From the sequence record KX397371.1: a stretch of 64,000 nucleotides of DNA; one strand, written 5' to 3'. The notes under the pieces were generated by a model. The model saw nothing but the letters and a program-made list of their open reading frames with translations, had not been told where the DNA came from and did not search any database. Of the stretch, positions 10,022 through 18,246 are shown in pieces; position 1 is the first letter of the stretch; each line of letters starts with the position of its first letter. The translations under genes and the position numbers were made by a program.

Positions 10022-10477
10022 TCATTTCTCGTCAGGGCTCGTGGCGCACTGCAAGAACGTCATACCCTCGCCGTTACCGGTAGTCGGGTCAACCGTAGAG
10101 TACGAGTAGGTTGCGTTCTTACCTTGGCTGCCGTGTAAGCGGTAATAGCGGGTGCCGGTAAACAGATCAACGCTACCGTCAATTTTACCGAGCAAGTCTT
10201 TATACAGTTGCGGTGTTTGAACATCACCGCCCGGATAACTGGCGTGCCATGTGGCCCCGTTGTCAACCACGGTAACAGAGAAGGGCATCAATTCAAGCTT
10301 ACCGAGTTGCGGTTGATACTTGACAAAAGTCTCTTTTGCAGCGCTGCACTGATAGACCGTGAACTCGGTCGCTGCAACTGGAATGGTGCCAAATTGGTCC
10401 GTTGTGTTCGGTGTCATTACACAGCCCGCGGCCAACATAATCAGCGCGACGAATAACATTTGAAGTTTACGCATCAT
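10022..10477 (-). CDS. Predicted lipoprotein, unknown function
   Basis: Likely start MMRKLQMLFVALIMLAAG-C: basic N-terminus, hydrophobic core, lipobox LAAGC. SD aggtaggg upstream. Confidence 0.65.
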   Translation of the reverse strand: MMRKLQMLFVALIMLAAGCVMTPNTTDQFGTIPVAATEFTVYQCSAAKETFVKYQPQLGKLELMPFSVTVVDNGATWHASYPGGDVQTPQLYKDLLGKIDGSVDLFTGTRYYRLHGSQGKNATYSYSTVDPTTGNGEGMTFLQCATSPDEK

Positions 10478-10602
10478 TTCCCTACCTTTCACAATTTCGA
10501 TTTTATTAGTGACAAACGTCATATAACAAGCCATGTCTGTAAGAAAGCGCGACCCTGCGCTATTTTCTATGTACCACCTGTTAACACTAAGAGGAATACC
10601 CG

Positions 10603-11139
10603 ATGGCCATCATCACTCCACAGGCGCAACTGGTTGCCCTGTTCAATGCGAAAAACGCAAGTCTGCCACAAGCGCTGGTTGTTGCTGACGTCACCTTCGG
10701 TGCCGTTGATGTCTACACACCGGGCGACGGTGGCGATACCCGCAACACCAAACTGACCATCACCGCAGTGGCCGACAACGCCCACTTCACCGGTGAGAAA
10801 GAACTGCACTACACCCGTCTGAGTTCAGGCATCGTCGGCCCGAAAGCGGTTACCGCGGATCTGGCAGACTGGGATACCGACGCGGAAGTGCTGGCCATCC
10901 TGAATGCGGACGTTATTGCTGCGGGTAAAACCGAAGATGCGTTTGCGCTGGCTGACCTGACCATTACGCGCGATGGTGCCGGTACCAACGAAGACCCGAT
11001 GGTAATTGACGTGTCCATTAATGCGGGCCACATCAAGTACCTGCCGGGGCAGGTTGCCACGTATACCGTGACTGAAGAAATTCAGAAAACGGATCTGAGC
11101 ACCACCGATGGTGAGCTGGATGGTTTTACCGTCGCGTAA
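10603..11139 (+). CDS. Small virion structural protein related to the type A N-domain
   Basis: LVALFNAKN..RNTKLTITA..FTGEKELHYTRL resembles the RN...FYDRL domain of type A proteins. Ends DLSTTDGELDGFTVA. Confidence 0.6.
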   Translation: MAIITPQAQLVALFNAKNASLPQALVVADVTFGAVDVYTPGDGGDTRNTKLTITAVADNAHFTGEKELHYTRLSSGIVGPKAVTADLADWDTDAEVLAILNADVIAAGKTEDAFALADLTITRDGAGTNEDPMVIDVSINAGHIKYLPGQVATYTVTEEIQKTDLSTTDGELDGFTVA

Positions 11140-11164
11140 CGCCCTGACTATGGTTAGGTAATAT

Positions 11165-11195
11165 AGGGAGCTTCGGCTCCCTCTTTTATTTTTTT
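11165..11195 (+). terminator. Intrinsic terminator
   Basis: agggagc-ttcg-gctccct followed by cttttatttttttc. Confidence 0.85.
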
Positions 11196-11210
11196 CTTCA
11201 AGGAGTGCAC

Positions 11211-11711
11211 ATGGCGAAGACATTGCAAGAAGAGTTCATTGATTTAGTGAACACCAAAAACGCAGGATTAGGTTTAACGTTAGCGGACGTGGATTTCAGC
11301 GACCCGAGCGATTATGTCCCCGGCGCGGAAGGTGGTACGCGTAACAGCGTACTGACGTTAACAGCAAAAGCAAGCAGCGCGACCTTTAAAGGAAGCAAAG
11401 ATTATCACTTTAACCGCTTTAACCTTACCCATCCAAACGGGGAAGATGCGGTGTCTGTGATGATAAGCGACCTGGACTTGTACTGGCAAGAGGACGATTA
11501 TGCACTGGCGCAGTTTAACAAAGCCTTGCCTAACCATCCAGTTACCCTGTCAGAGGTCACCATCACCCGTAGTACGGTGGAAGGACACCTGCGTGTGAAG
11601 TTGAAAATCGTTCCAACCCATTTGAAATGGCAAGGTGCGTACGTATTCGAAATCTACGACGGTAAAACGTTACTGGATAGCCGAGACGGCGAGTTAGACG
11701 GTTTCAATTAA
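11211..11711 (+). CDS. Small virion structural protein, paralog of 10603
   Basis: SD aggag. FIDLVNTKN..RNSVLTLTA..FKGSKDYHFNRFNL. Ends LLDSRDGELDGFN. Confidence 0.6.
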   Translation: MAKTLQEEFIDLVNTKNAGLGLTLADVDFSDPSDYVPGAEGGTRNSVLTLTAKASSATFKGSKDYHFNRFNLTHPNGEDAVSVMISDLDLYWQEDDYALAQFNKALPNHPVTLSEVTITRSTVEGHLRVKLKIVPTHLKWQGAYVFEIYDGKTLLDSRDGELDGFN

Positions 11712-11757
11712 TAAAAAGGTGTACCGCTACCCTTCGGGGTAGCGGTATCCTTATTTT
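11712..11757. terminator. Bidirectional intrinsic terminator
   Basis: taccgctaccc-ttcg-gggtagcggta (11722-11747) between convergent genes, with A/T flanks. Confidence 0.85.
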
Positions 11758-11777
11758 AAACGGCCTGTACGGCCTTC

Positions 11778-12488
11778 TCAGGCGTTTAACAGTGGAATCT
11801 GCGTAATCGGTTGACTTAACGGCTGCGGTTCCCAAGTGACCGTTACAGCGTTAAATGCACGCTTGATGTTCTGGTAGCGCGCATTCACACAATGGGCGTG
11901 TTTCACATCCCAACGTTCATGCTCAGGAATCGCGTTTTCAATCTGTTCACGGAAGAACAGATAGTTGCGATTGTAGTTCAGCGTGACATCCGAGATTGAC
12001 GGGTAGCTGTACTGATGCGGGTTATCGTTCTTATCGGCATACGACGGCCAGCCGAAGTTCTTCACCGCTTCGTAAAACGAGTTGGCGAGGAATGATTCGA
12101 CCTTCATCATTTCCATAATCCGCAAGAACATCAAATCCGCAAACGGCTTGTCCGTTGCCCGTGACAGATTGCCCGCCGGAGTATCCGGGTAGGGTACTGG
12201 GGACGGGGCTTTCTGATACAGCAGGTCGTGGATACAGGCAGCTGCCGCCCAAGGACCATCAGGGTGCAGAATCGGCTGTAAGGCAGCTGGGATACTCGCC
12301 AAGTCCGTGACGAAGCCCGCGGGGGCGGTGACATACATCAGCGTGTCAGGATGAATACCAGAACGGTACACCATGTCATCCAAACCCGGATGGTCACGGT
12401 ACAATGCCCTCAGCGTAAACGGTACCCGGAAGTCGTCTGTCAGAATGAACCACTGCTTATCTAACACTTTATACTTCAACTCGTTCAT
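11778..12488 (-). CDS. DUF1353-family protein
   Basis: PAGFVTDLASIP..P.GPWAAAACIHDLLY..AD..FL..M is the characteristic DUF1353 pattern. Confidence 0.75.
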   Translation of the reverse strand: MNELKYKVLDKQWFILTDDFRVPFTLRALYRDHPGLDDMVYRSGIHPDTLMYVTAPAGFVTDLASIPAALQPILHPDGPWAAAACIHDLLYQKAPSPVPYPDTPAGNLSRATDKPFADLMFLRIMEMMKVESFLANSFYEAVKNFGWPSYADKNDNPHQYSYPSISDVTLNYNRNYLFFREQIENAIPEHERWDVKHAHCVNARYQNIKRAFNAVTVTWEPQPLSQPITQIPLLNA

Positions 12489-12601
12489 GAAAGTGCCACC
12501 TTAACCATACTGAGCACCACCATGCCTATAATCGACCCCCACAACACATACGCAGGTGGATCATCCTCGGTAAAGAATTTTGTCGGTACAGAATTGTTCA
12601 T
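12485..12601 (-). CDS. 38-aa single-pass membrane protein (not in ORF track; holin-like candidate)
   Basis: Hand translation MNNSVPTKFFTEDDPPAYVLWGSIIGMVVLSMVKVALS*. SD-like aaggg. Its stop overlaps the DUF1353 start (ATGA). Confidence 0.5.
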   Translation of the reverse strand: MNNSVPTKFFTEDDPPAYVLWGSIIGMVVLSMVKVALS

Positions 12602-12620
12602 GGTGATGCCCTTATGGTTA

Positions 12621-13220
12621 TTATTTAGAACATACCCCTACCTTGATAGCGTAGTCGCCCATTTCACGGTAGACACGGTCATACCAACCGTAAGTGAATT
12701 CTTCGTTCTGTACACGCTTCTCGGAAATCTCGGTGTAGTAAGACACCTGATGGGAAGTGAGCGCGAACATCAAACGGTTGAAGCCATCCGTACCACGGGC
12801 TTTCAGGAAACCTTCCAGCGCAGTCATGGTAGCCGGGCCGATACCGCCGTCGGCAGAGATGTCGGCATACAGTTTACCCTGACGGTTCAACACGTTCAGA
12901 ATACGCTGAAGCGATTTGATGCAGTTTGCACGACCGGCGTTAATGCCGAAGTCGAACATACGGTCAGCCAAGAGTGGATTCCATGCGAGAATACGGTCAA
13001 GGCGCATACGGTCCCACCACCCTTTCTTGTAGATGTCGAGTGCCATCTGACGCGTCAGGTTACGCATGTCGCCGGTGTAGCCGTTTTCACGCGCGGTAGC
13101 TTGTGTGATGCCGAAGTTGGTTGGACCACCCAAGTCATTCGGGTTGTTAACATAACCGGCTTCAATGTTAACTTTGGCCGCAATGATACCTTCCATACTC
13201 CAACGGTCTACAGTTGTCAT
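12621..13220 (-). CDS. Glycoside hydrolase family 108 endolysin with PG-binding-3-like C-terminus
   Basis: EAGYVNNPNDLGGPTNFGIT catalytic motif, FDFGINAG, LQRILN, ADGGIGPAT. ATG at 13220 with SD agagga. Confidence 0.9.
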   Translation of the reverse strand: MTTVDRWSMEGIIAAKVNIEAGYVNNPNDLGGPTNFGITQATARENGYTGDMRNLTRQMALDIYKKGWWDRMRLDRILAWNPLLADRMFDFGINAGRANCIKSLQRILNVLNRQGKLYADISADGGIGPATMTALEGFLKARGTDGFNRLMFALTSHQVSYYTEISEKRVQNEEFTYGWYDRVYREMGDYAIKVGVCSK

Positions 13221-13260
13221 AACATTTCCTCTAATAAAGAACAACAGTCATAACAACCGT

Positions 13261-13301
13261 AAGAAAAAAAAGAAAAGCGACCCACCCCCGAAGGAGTGGG
13301 T
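13261..13301 (-). terminator. Intrinsic terminator (minus strand)
   Basis: Minus strand acccactcc-ttcg-ggggtgggt followed by cgcttttcttttttttctt. Separates the rSAM operon from GH108. Confidence 0.8.
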
Positions 13302-13306
13302 ACGGC

Positions 13307-13963
13307 TTAGGCTACACCATTATCCGCAGCAAGCTGCTTAATCGCGGTGAAGTCTTTTTGTTCCGTGAGGATACGGATGCGTTGTTTCAGCACGGACATG
13401 ACCATGTGCAGGTCATTGTCACGCGTGATAATTTCCGCATAGAGGGCTTTAACGTCCTCCACCGTCCACGGCTCGATAGGCTCGTTGTTCAGCGTCATCC
13501 AGTACATCGGGTCAACCCCGGACTGCATGTAGCTTTGCATCGATTCGCGCGATTTCTCGTCAGCTTGGAACGTCTTGTCGCGGAAGGTAATCGGTGCAAA
13601 CCGTTCCGCGTTATACTTGTCGTTCAGTTTCGGATAAATCGCATTGACTTCCTGATAGAGGTAGTTCTCCGTCGAGGTCAGCGCCGTACGTACTTGGTCT
13701 AAATCAATCTCCAGTACGTCAGCGATGAAGTCTTTGGTTTTCTTCATCAGGAATTCAATTTCAACCGGTGACAGGTCAAAGCCTTTGAGTTTCTCGCGGG
13801 CTTTCTTGTCACTCATACCGTTAATCAGATGGTAATGCAGTAGCAAGCAGAACCCGATACGGTTTTCCATCTGGTCTTGGTATTCTTCTACGTAGTTACC
13901 GTAGCGGTCGATACGCGTGCCCCGTTCGAAATAGCGGGCTTTTATTTCGTCGTTACTAAGCAT
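13307..13963 (-). CDS. DUF4376-like protein (tail-fibre assembly associated)
   Basis: C-terminal ITFRDKTFQADEKSRESM..WMTLNNEPI..DVKALYAEI..LKQRI matches my recollection of the DUF4376 pattern found beside tail-fibre genes. Confidence 0.6.
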   Translation of the reverse strand: MLSNDEIKARYFERGTRIDRYGNYVEEYQDQMENRIGFCLLLHYHLINGMSDKKAREKLKGFDLSPVEIEFLMKKTKDFIADVLEIDLDQVRTALTSTENYLYQEVNAIYPKLNDKYNAERFAPITFRDKTFQADEKSRESMQSYMQSGVDPMYWMTLNNEPIEPWTVEDVKALYAEIITRDNDLHMVMSVLKQRIRILTEQKDFTAIKQLAADNGVA

Positions 13964-14499
13964 CCGGATTCTCCTGCAATCCCAAGGTCAACCAGCAGAC
14001 CGAAGTCAATGAACTGGAAATCGTTTTCCAACTCTTCGCCCCAGAGCAGTTTGGCCTCTTCTGCTTCATCACCCATCTCTTCCAGCGTCTTACGCGCCAC
14101 TTCGAATTCGTGGTAGAACGCATCAGTTAGGTGAGTACCGCGTAATGCACGCACGGTCACACCAGGGAAGTTCAGGGCCAGTCCCACAACGTTGGTTGGG
14201 TCTGCATCACCGGTAGAACGGCGCAGTACCTGCAACTTGTGTTTTGGGAACGCCACCACACGTTTTTCGAAACCGGGATTACGTTTCTCGATTTCGACAA
14301 CGGACTGGTGATCGTCTTCCACGCCCTGTAAAGGTAGGATGACATTCAGGCCATAACGGTTCAACAGACGAATGGTGTCATCGTTGAAATCTTCACCCGG
14401 TACGATCGCATGGATGTTGTACAGCTTGTGTTTGCGAAGGAACGCTTCGACAAGGTGAACGTTACGCCGAGTAAAATTGTGAATCAGCAATGACTTCAT
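13942..14499 (-). CDS. Hypothetical protein in rSAM operon
   Basis: 185-aa ORF with SD ggag, overlapping both neighbours. No motif recognised. Confidence 0.65.
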   Translation of the reverse strand: MKSLLIHNFTRRNVHLVEAFLRKHKLYNIHAIVPGEDFNDDTIRLLNRYGLNVILPLQGVEDDHQSVVEIEKRNPGFEKRVVAFPKHKLQVLRRSTGDADPTNVVGLALNFPGVTVRALRGTHLTDAFYHEFEVARKTLEEMGDEAEEAKLLWGEELENDFQFIDFGLLVDLGIAGESGCLVTTK

Positions 14500-15808
14500 T
14501 CGAGACTCCGAGTTCTAATTTAAGTTTATCCGCTTTCATGCGATCACGCACGCAGCTCGCACAGTAGCACAAGGTCTTATCGTGCAGGTCTGCGACATTC
14601 GTGGTACCGGTTTTCTGATACCAGTATTCGGACACCAACAGTTTCGCGGTTGTCCAACCACACTGGCGACGCTCAGCATGGTACTCTTTACGCGCTTCCA
14701 GCTCACCATCGCCGTTCTCGTAAGAAGCAGCTGCACAGCTACCGCACGAGTGTTTCATCGGGCAGCCTAAGCAGGTAGACGGGTAGTTGGTATACTGCGT
14801 CTGGATTTCGTTCAGGAGTTTGTGACCGTCAATGTTCACAATCTCACGCCCGCGCAGTTCTGCTACCGCTGAACGGGTAGTTACGGTTGACATGAAACGG
14901 TTACAGCCGTAGATCTTACGGTCGAAGCCGAGACAGGTCATGTGGGTCAGCGTACCGCAGTAAGGACGTACGCGGTCTGGGTGCAGACGGGTTGCTTCAT
15001 CGTCCAGCAACTTCTGACGCCAGTCCGGGTCCCATGTCGCCATGAAATCCAACCCATCAGGAATGATGTGGGTCAGGATATTACGTGGTGACTTGTGGTA
15101 GCCGTTGTCGACCCAGTAATCGATAACGTCAATCATCTGGTTTGCAATACCCAGAGCCATATCACGCGACAGAATGTCTTCGTACGTGACGTTACCGGAG
15201 ATGGTACCACCGCCCGTTTCTTTAATCAGGTGAATCATGCTCTCGCCGTAACGAGGCAGGGTCTCACCGGTAAAGGTGGCTTTGATACCGAGTTCTGCAA
15301 TACCGACAGATTTCAGGTATTGGTAGCCGCGCATCGCCTGCTCGTACGAGCCTTCACGCGAAGTGGTGAAGATACGATAGCGGTCGTGTACTTCTGGCAG
15401 ACCATCGATGGACACACCAATCGACAGACGGTCTTTCCAGCGTTCAATGATTTCTTTGCTGATAGGACGGTCGAACAAGGTGCCGTTGGTAGAAATAGAG
15501 AATACGTACTGGCGGTTGTCGCGCGCCGCTAACTCTTCGGCTGTCTCAAAGACGGCTTTCAGAATCTTCGGCTGCATAAACGGCTCACCCCCGATGATGT
15601 CGATAATGATTTCGGCATCTTCGATGTGACGGTCGCGGTCAAAACACGCATGAATAAAATCGACAGCGTCATCCACTTTGTTGTTGCGCGGATACTTACG
15701 TTCGTAGCAATACGAACAGTCGAGATTACAAGACAGGTTAGTTACGACCTGATACGTGAGTGTGGGGCGCTGTTTACGCGTCTGCGATGAAGATCGTTCT
15801 TCACTCAT
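14462..15808 (-). CDS. Radical SAM/SPASM peptide maturase
   Basis: CNLDCSYC (CxxxCxxC), GGEP, STNGT, SIDG..HD..R. SPASM cysteines YCG..GCNRF..CLGCPMKHSCGSC..QC, plus an extra CYCASC near the C-terminus. Confidence 0.92.
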   Translation of the reverse strand: MSEERSSSQTRKQRPTLTYQVVTNLSCNLDCSYCYERKYPRNNKVDDAVDFIHACFDRDRHIEDAEIIIDIIGGEPFMQPKILKAVFETAEELAARDNRQYVFSISTNGTLFDRPISKEIIERWKDRLSIGVSIDGLPEVHDRYRIFTTSREGSYEQAMRGYQYLKSVGIAELGIKATFTGETLPRYGESMIHLIKETGGGTISGNVTYEDILSRDMALGIANQMIDVIDYWVDNGYHKSPRNILTHIIPDGLDFMATWDPDWRQKLLDDEATRLHPDRVRPYCGTLTHMTCLGFDRKIYGCNRFMSTVTTRSAVAELRGREIVNIDGHKLLNEIQTQYTNYPSTCLGCPMKHSCGSCAAASYENGDGELEARKEYHAERRQCGWTTAKLLVSEYWYQKTGTTNVADLHDKTLCYCASCVRDRMKADKLKLELGVSNEVIADSQFYSA

Positions 15809-16698
15809 TTGATTACCTCATTGCGATGTTTGCGAGCGTGGATCGTGCGATTGATGTAACGGTAGGCTTCTTGCCCAATGACTTTCGCCAGCATGTTACA
15901 ACCGCTATCGATTTCCATCTCGACATCCATCGTGTAGCCGATAGACGCATCGGAGTCCAGACGAACCAGACCGCTGCACGCGTTGCACGACTGCTCAAAG
16001 AACTTGCTGATGGAGAACCCAGTTGAGCCATTGTTCATGACATTCAGGCGTTCAATCTGGTCTTCCATTTTGTTGTAGCCGAACATGAAGTTCATCACCA
16101 AATCTTGGTTCAGAGGTTTCTTCATGCGGTTGTCCAACAGCAGCGTCATGTCTTTGAAGCCGTAGTGGTGGAGTGCGCGGTGTAAGTCCAGCAGGTCAGT
16201 GTGCCAATATTTATCAGCCAACTGCTCACGAGTCACCACGGCCCACGTATGGACGTTGTTCAGCGCAGCCATCACTTCGAAGGCTTCGAATGCACCATCT
16301 TCAACGACACGCCAGAGCGGACGTTCGCTCTTTTTGTATCCATCGAACGACACACAGATACGGTTAAACTGTTGCAGCATCGGGAGATGTTCCAGACGCA
16401 TTTTCAGACCGTTCGTGTACAGCTCGTGAGTGAGATGCGGGTATCGGGCTTTGACTTCGGCCAGCAATGGCTCAATCTTGCGGGTTGCCATTAACGGCTC
16501 ACCACCCGTCCAGTTCATCCCTTGTAAAGTCGGGTACTTCTCCAGTTGTTCAAACAGCGCTTCACGCTGAATTTCCCGACCAACATCTTTTGTGTCCATG
16601 TAATACGCTCCGCCGCAGAAACTACAATCCAAATTACACTTGGACGTCGTCACTATCGACAGCTCGGTAGGGGGACGTATTTGTGGTGCATCGGTCAT
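15805..16698 (-). CDS. Second radical SAM enzyme (short, possibly Twitch-like C-terminus)
   Basis: CNLDCSFC, TGGEPL, YTNG, VSFDG and C-terminal CNAC..GC. ATGA overlap with the SPASM gene. Confidence 0.88.
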   Translation of the reverse strand: MTDAPQIRPPTELSIVTTSKCNLDCSFCGGAYYMDTKDVGREIQREALFEQLEKYPTLQGMNWTGGEPLMATRKIEPLLAEVKARYPHLTHELYTNGLKMRLEHLPMLQQFNRICVSFDGYKKSERPLWRVVEDGAFEAFEVMAALNNVHTWAVVTREQLADKYWHTDLLDLHRALHHYGFKDMTLLLDNRMKKPLNQDLVMNFMFGYNKMEDQIERLNVMNNGSTGFSISKFFEQSCNACSGLVRLDSDASIGYTMDVEMEIDSGCNMLAKVIGQEAYRYINRTIHARKHRNEVIK

Positions 16699-16716
16699 TG
16701 CAGATTGCTCCAGTTT

Positions 16717-17595
16717 TTAATAGATCGCGAAAAGGGGGTCGTCCTCAAACTTCGCGCCCACATCCAGAAGGAAATCGGAGTGGTAGGCATCGAGTATTTG
16801 ATTCAGAACAGCCTGACGGTCGTTAATCCGTTTAAGATCATCGAGTGTCACGCTTCGCGACTTGATGTTTGAAACTGCCTTTTCTTCGTCAGCTGTTAAG
16901 GAAACCTTCGACAGAAGGAAACTTACCAGCTTGCTCAGGTCAGCCTCGGTACCCGGTGCTTCACCGTAACGCAATTGAACCAAGAACTGCATCCACGGTT
17001 TGCGGATACGGCGACTGATTTCATGCGGGTCGGTAATCGCTTCGAACTGCCCATCTACCGCATTCCAGCGAAACTTGTAGCTGTACGCCAGCAAGTCAGC
17101 CAAGCAATGGATACCGAGCGTTTCATAACCTAAGATGTGATGGTATTTTTCCACACCTTTATATTCTTCCGTGCCGGTCGGTACTAAGGTGTACCAGAAC
17201 GGGTTGGATGACGGATAGTCCCAGCTCCATTCGCGACGAACCATGGGAATGACATCCAAATCCGCAAACGGCGTGAAGATCATTTCCAAATCCATCGAGT
17301 GGTTCAGGACTGCATCAGTAAAGAAATACTTACCGTCAATCAGTCGGCCACTGGCGTTCAGCTCGCTTTCATTAAACTTCACATGCTGAACAGTGTGCTT
17401 ACCGATGGAGTAGGTATTCTCTTCGGTGTACTGCTTACGTGTAATATCCCGCCCACGTACCTTAGGCCATTCGCCTGGCAGCATCGAGATAAGGCGTACT
17501 TCGTCAGCGATGTGTGCTTTCACACTGTCGTACGACGAAATGTGTAACGGGAAATTTTGCGTCGTGCGGTACGCCAAATGGAGGTCGTTCTTCAT
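16717..17595 (-). CDS. Hypothetical protein between precursor peptides and rSAMs
   Basis: 292-aa ORF with SD aagga and 18-nt spacers on both sides. No motif recognised. Confidence 0.7.
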   Translation of the reverse strand: MKNDLHLAYRTTQNFPLHISSYDSVKAHIADEVRLISMLPGEWPKVRGRDITRKQYTEENTYSIGKHTVQHVKFNESELNASGRLIDGKYFFTDAVLNHSMDLEMIFTPFADLDVIPMVRREWSWDYPSSNPFWYTLVPTGTEEYKGVEKYHHILGYETLGIHCLADLLAYSYKFRWNAVDGQFEAITDPHEISRRIRKPWMQFLVQLRYGEAPGTEADLSKLVSFLLSKVSLTADEEKAVSNIKSRSVTLDDLKRINDRQAVLNQILDAYHSDFLLDVGAKFEDDPLFAIY

Positions 17596-17613
17596 GGTTT
17601 CTTTATCCTTACT

Positions 17614-17823
17614 TTATCGGTTACCCGCGCCGTAACTGCACCCGCCACTGCACGACCAGCTACAGCTACCGTTGCAGTTATAATGCGAGAGTGGAAGCCC
17701 AGCAAGGTTGTTGGTCGAACTGACCGTGCCGCGTGTGGCGATATAGTTATTGGCCTGTGCGGTCGTGATGTAGCCTTCGACGTTCTGCACCCGATCGCGA
17801 ATGTTTTTCAATGAGATTGCCAT
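17614..17823 (-). CDS. Cys-rich precursor peptide P3 (4 Cys, CxxxC)
   Basis: Leader MAISLKNIRDRVQNVE, core CNGSCSWSCSGGC, SD gagga. Confidence 0.8.
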   Translation of the reverse strand: MAISLKNIRDRVQNVEGYITTAQANNYIATRGTVSSTNNLAGLPLSHYNCNGSCSWSCSGGCSYGAGNR

Positions 17824-17844
17824 AGGTCCTCACTCGATAGATTT

Positions 17845-18237
17845 CTATCGACTGCCTGAACAGCCAGAGCATCCCGTACAACTTGAACTACAGGAACCGG
17901 AACAGTTACCGGAGCATGTACCCGAACAACCGGAGCACCCACCCGAACATGAACCAGAACATCCTGAGCACCCACTGGTACACCCAGCAGTACAGCTCGA
18001 CGAACATGAGGAACCGCAGCCCCCTGATGCCGAACCGGAACAGCCACCTGAACAGCTAGAGCAACCCCAGCTACAGGTTCCGCCGCAATCGTAATGAACA
18101 CGTCCTTGGCCGCCGAATAAGTCGACGTTATTGGTTGCCTTACCACGAATGTAGGTTTGTACCCCACCTTCCGTTTTTAAGGAGTTCGCTTCGATCACTG
18201 CAATGCGATCCGCGAGGTTTCGTAAGTTGATAGCCAT
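17845..18237 (-). CDS. Cys-rich precursor peptide P2 (20 Cys, CxxxC repeat)
   Basis: Leader MAINLRNLADRIAVIE, Gly/Ser/Cys core starting DCGGTCSWGC, SD ggag. Confidence 0.85.
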   Translation of the reverse strand: MAINLRNLADRIAVIEANSLKTEGGVQTYIRGKATNNVDLFGGQGRVHYDCGGTCSWGCSSCSGGCSGSASGGCGSSCSSSCTAGCTSGCSGCSGSCSGGCSGCSGTCSGNCSGSCSSSCTGCSGCSGSR

Positions 18238-18246
18238 TGTTTCTCC

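Noticed and set aside
12522-13253. 243-aa plus-strand ORF
   Set aside because: Antisense shadow of the GH108 gene with no recognisable motif.
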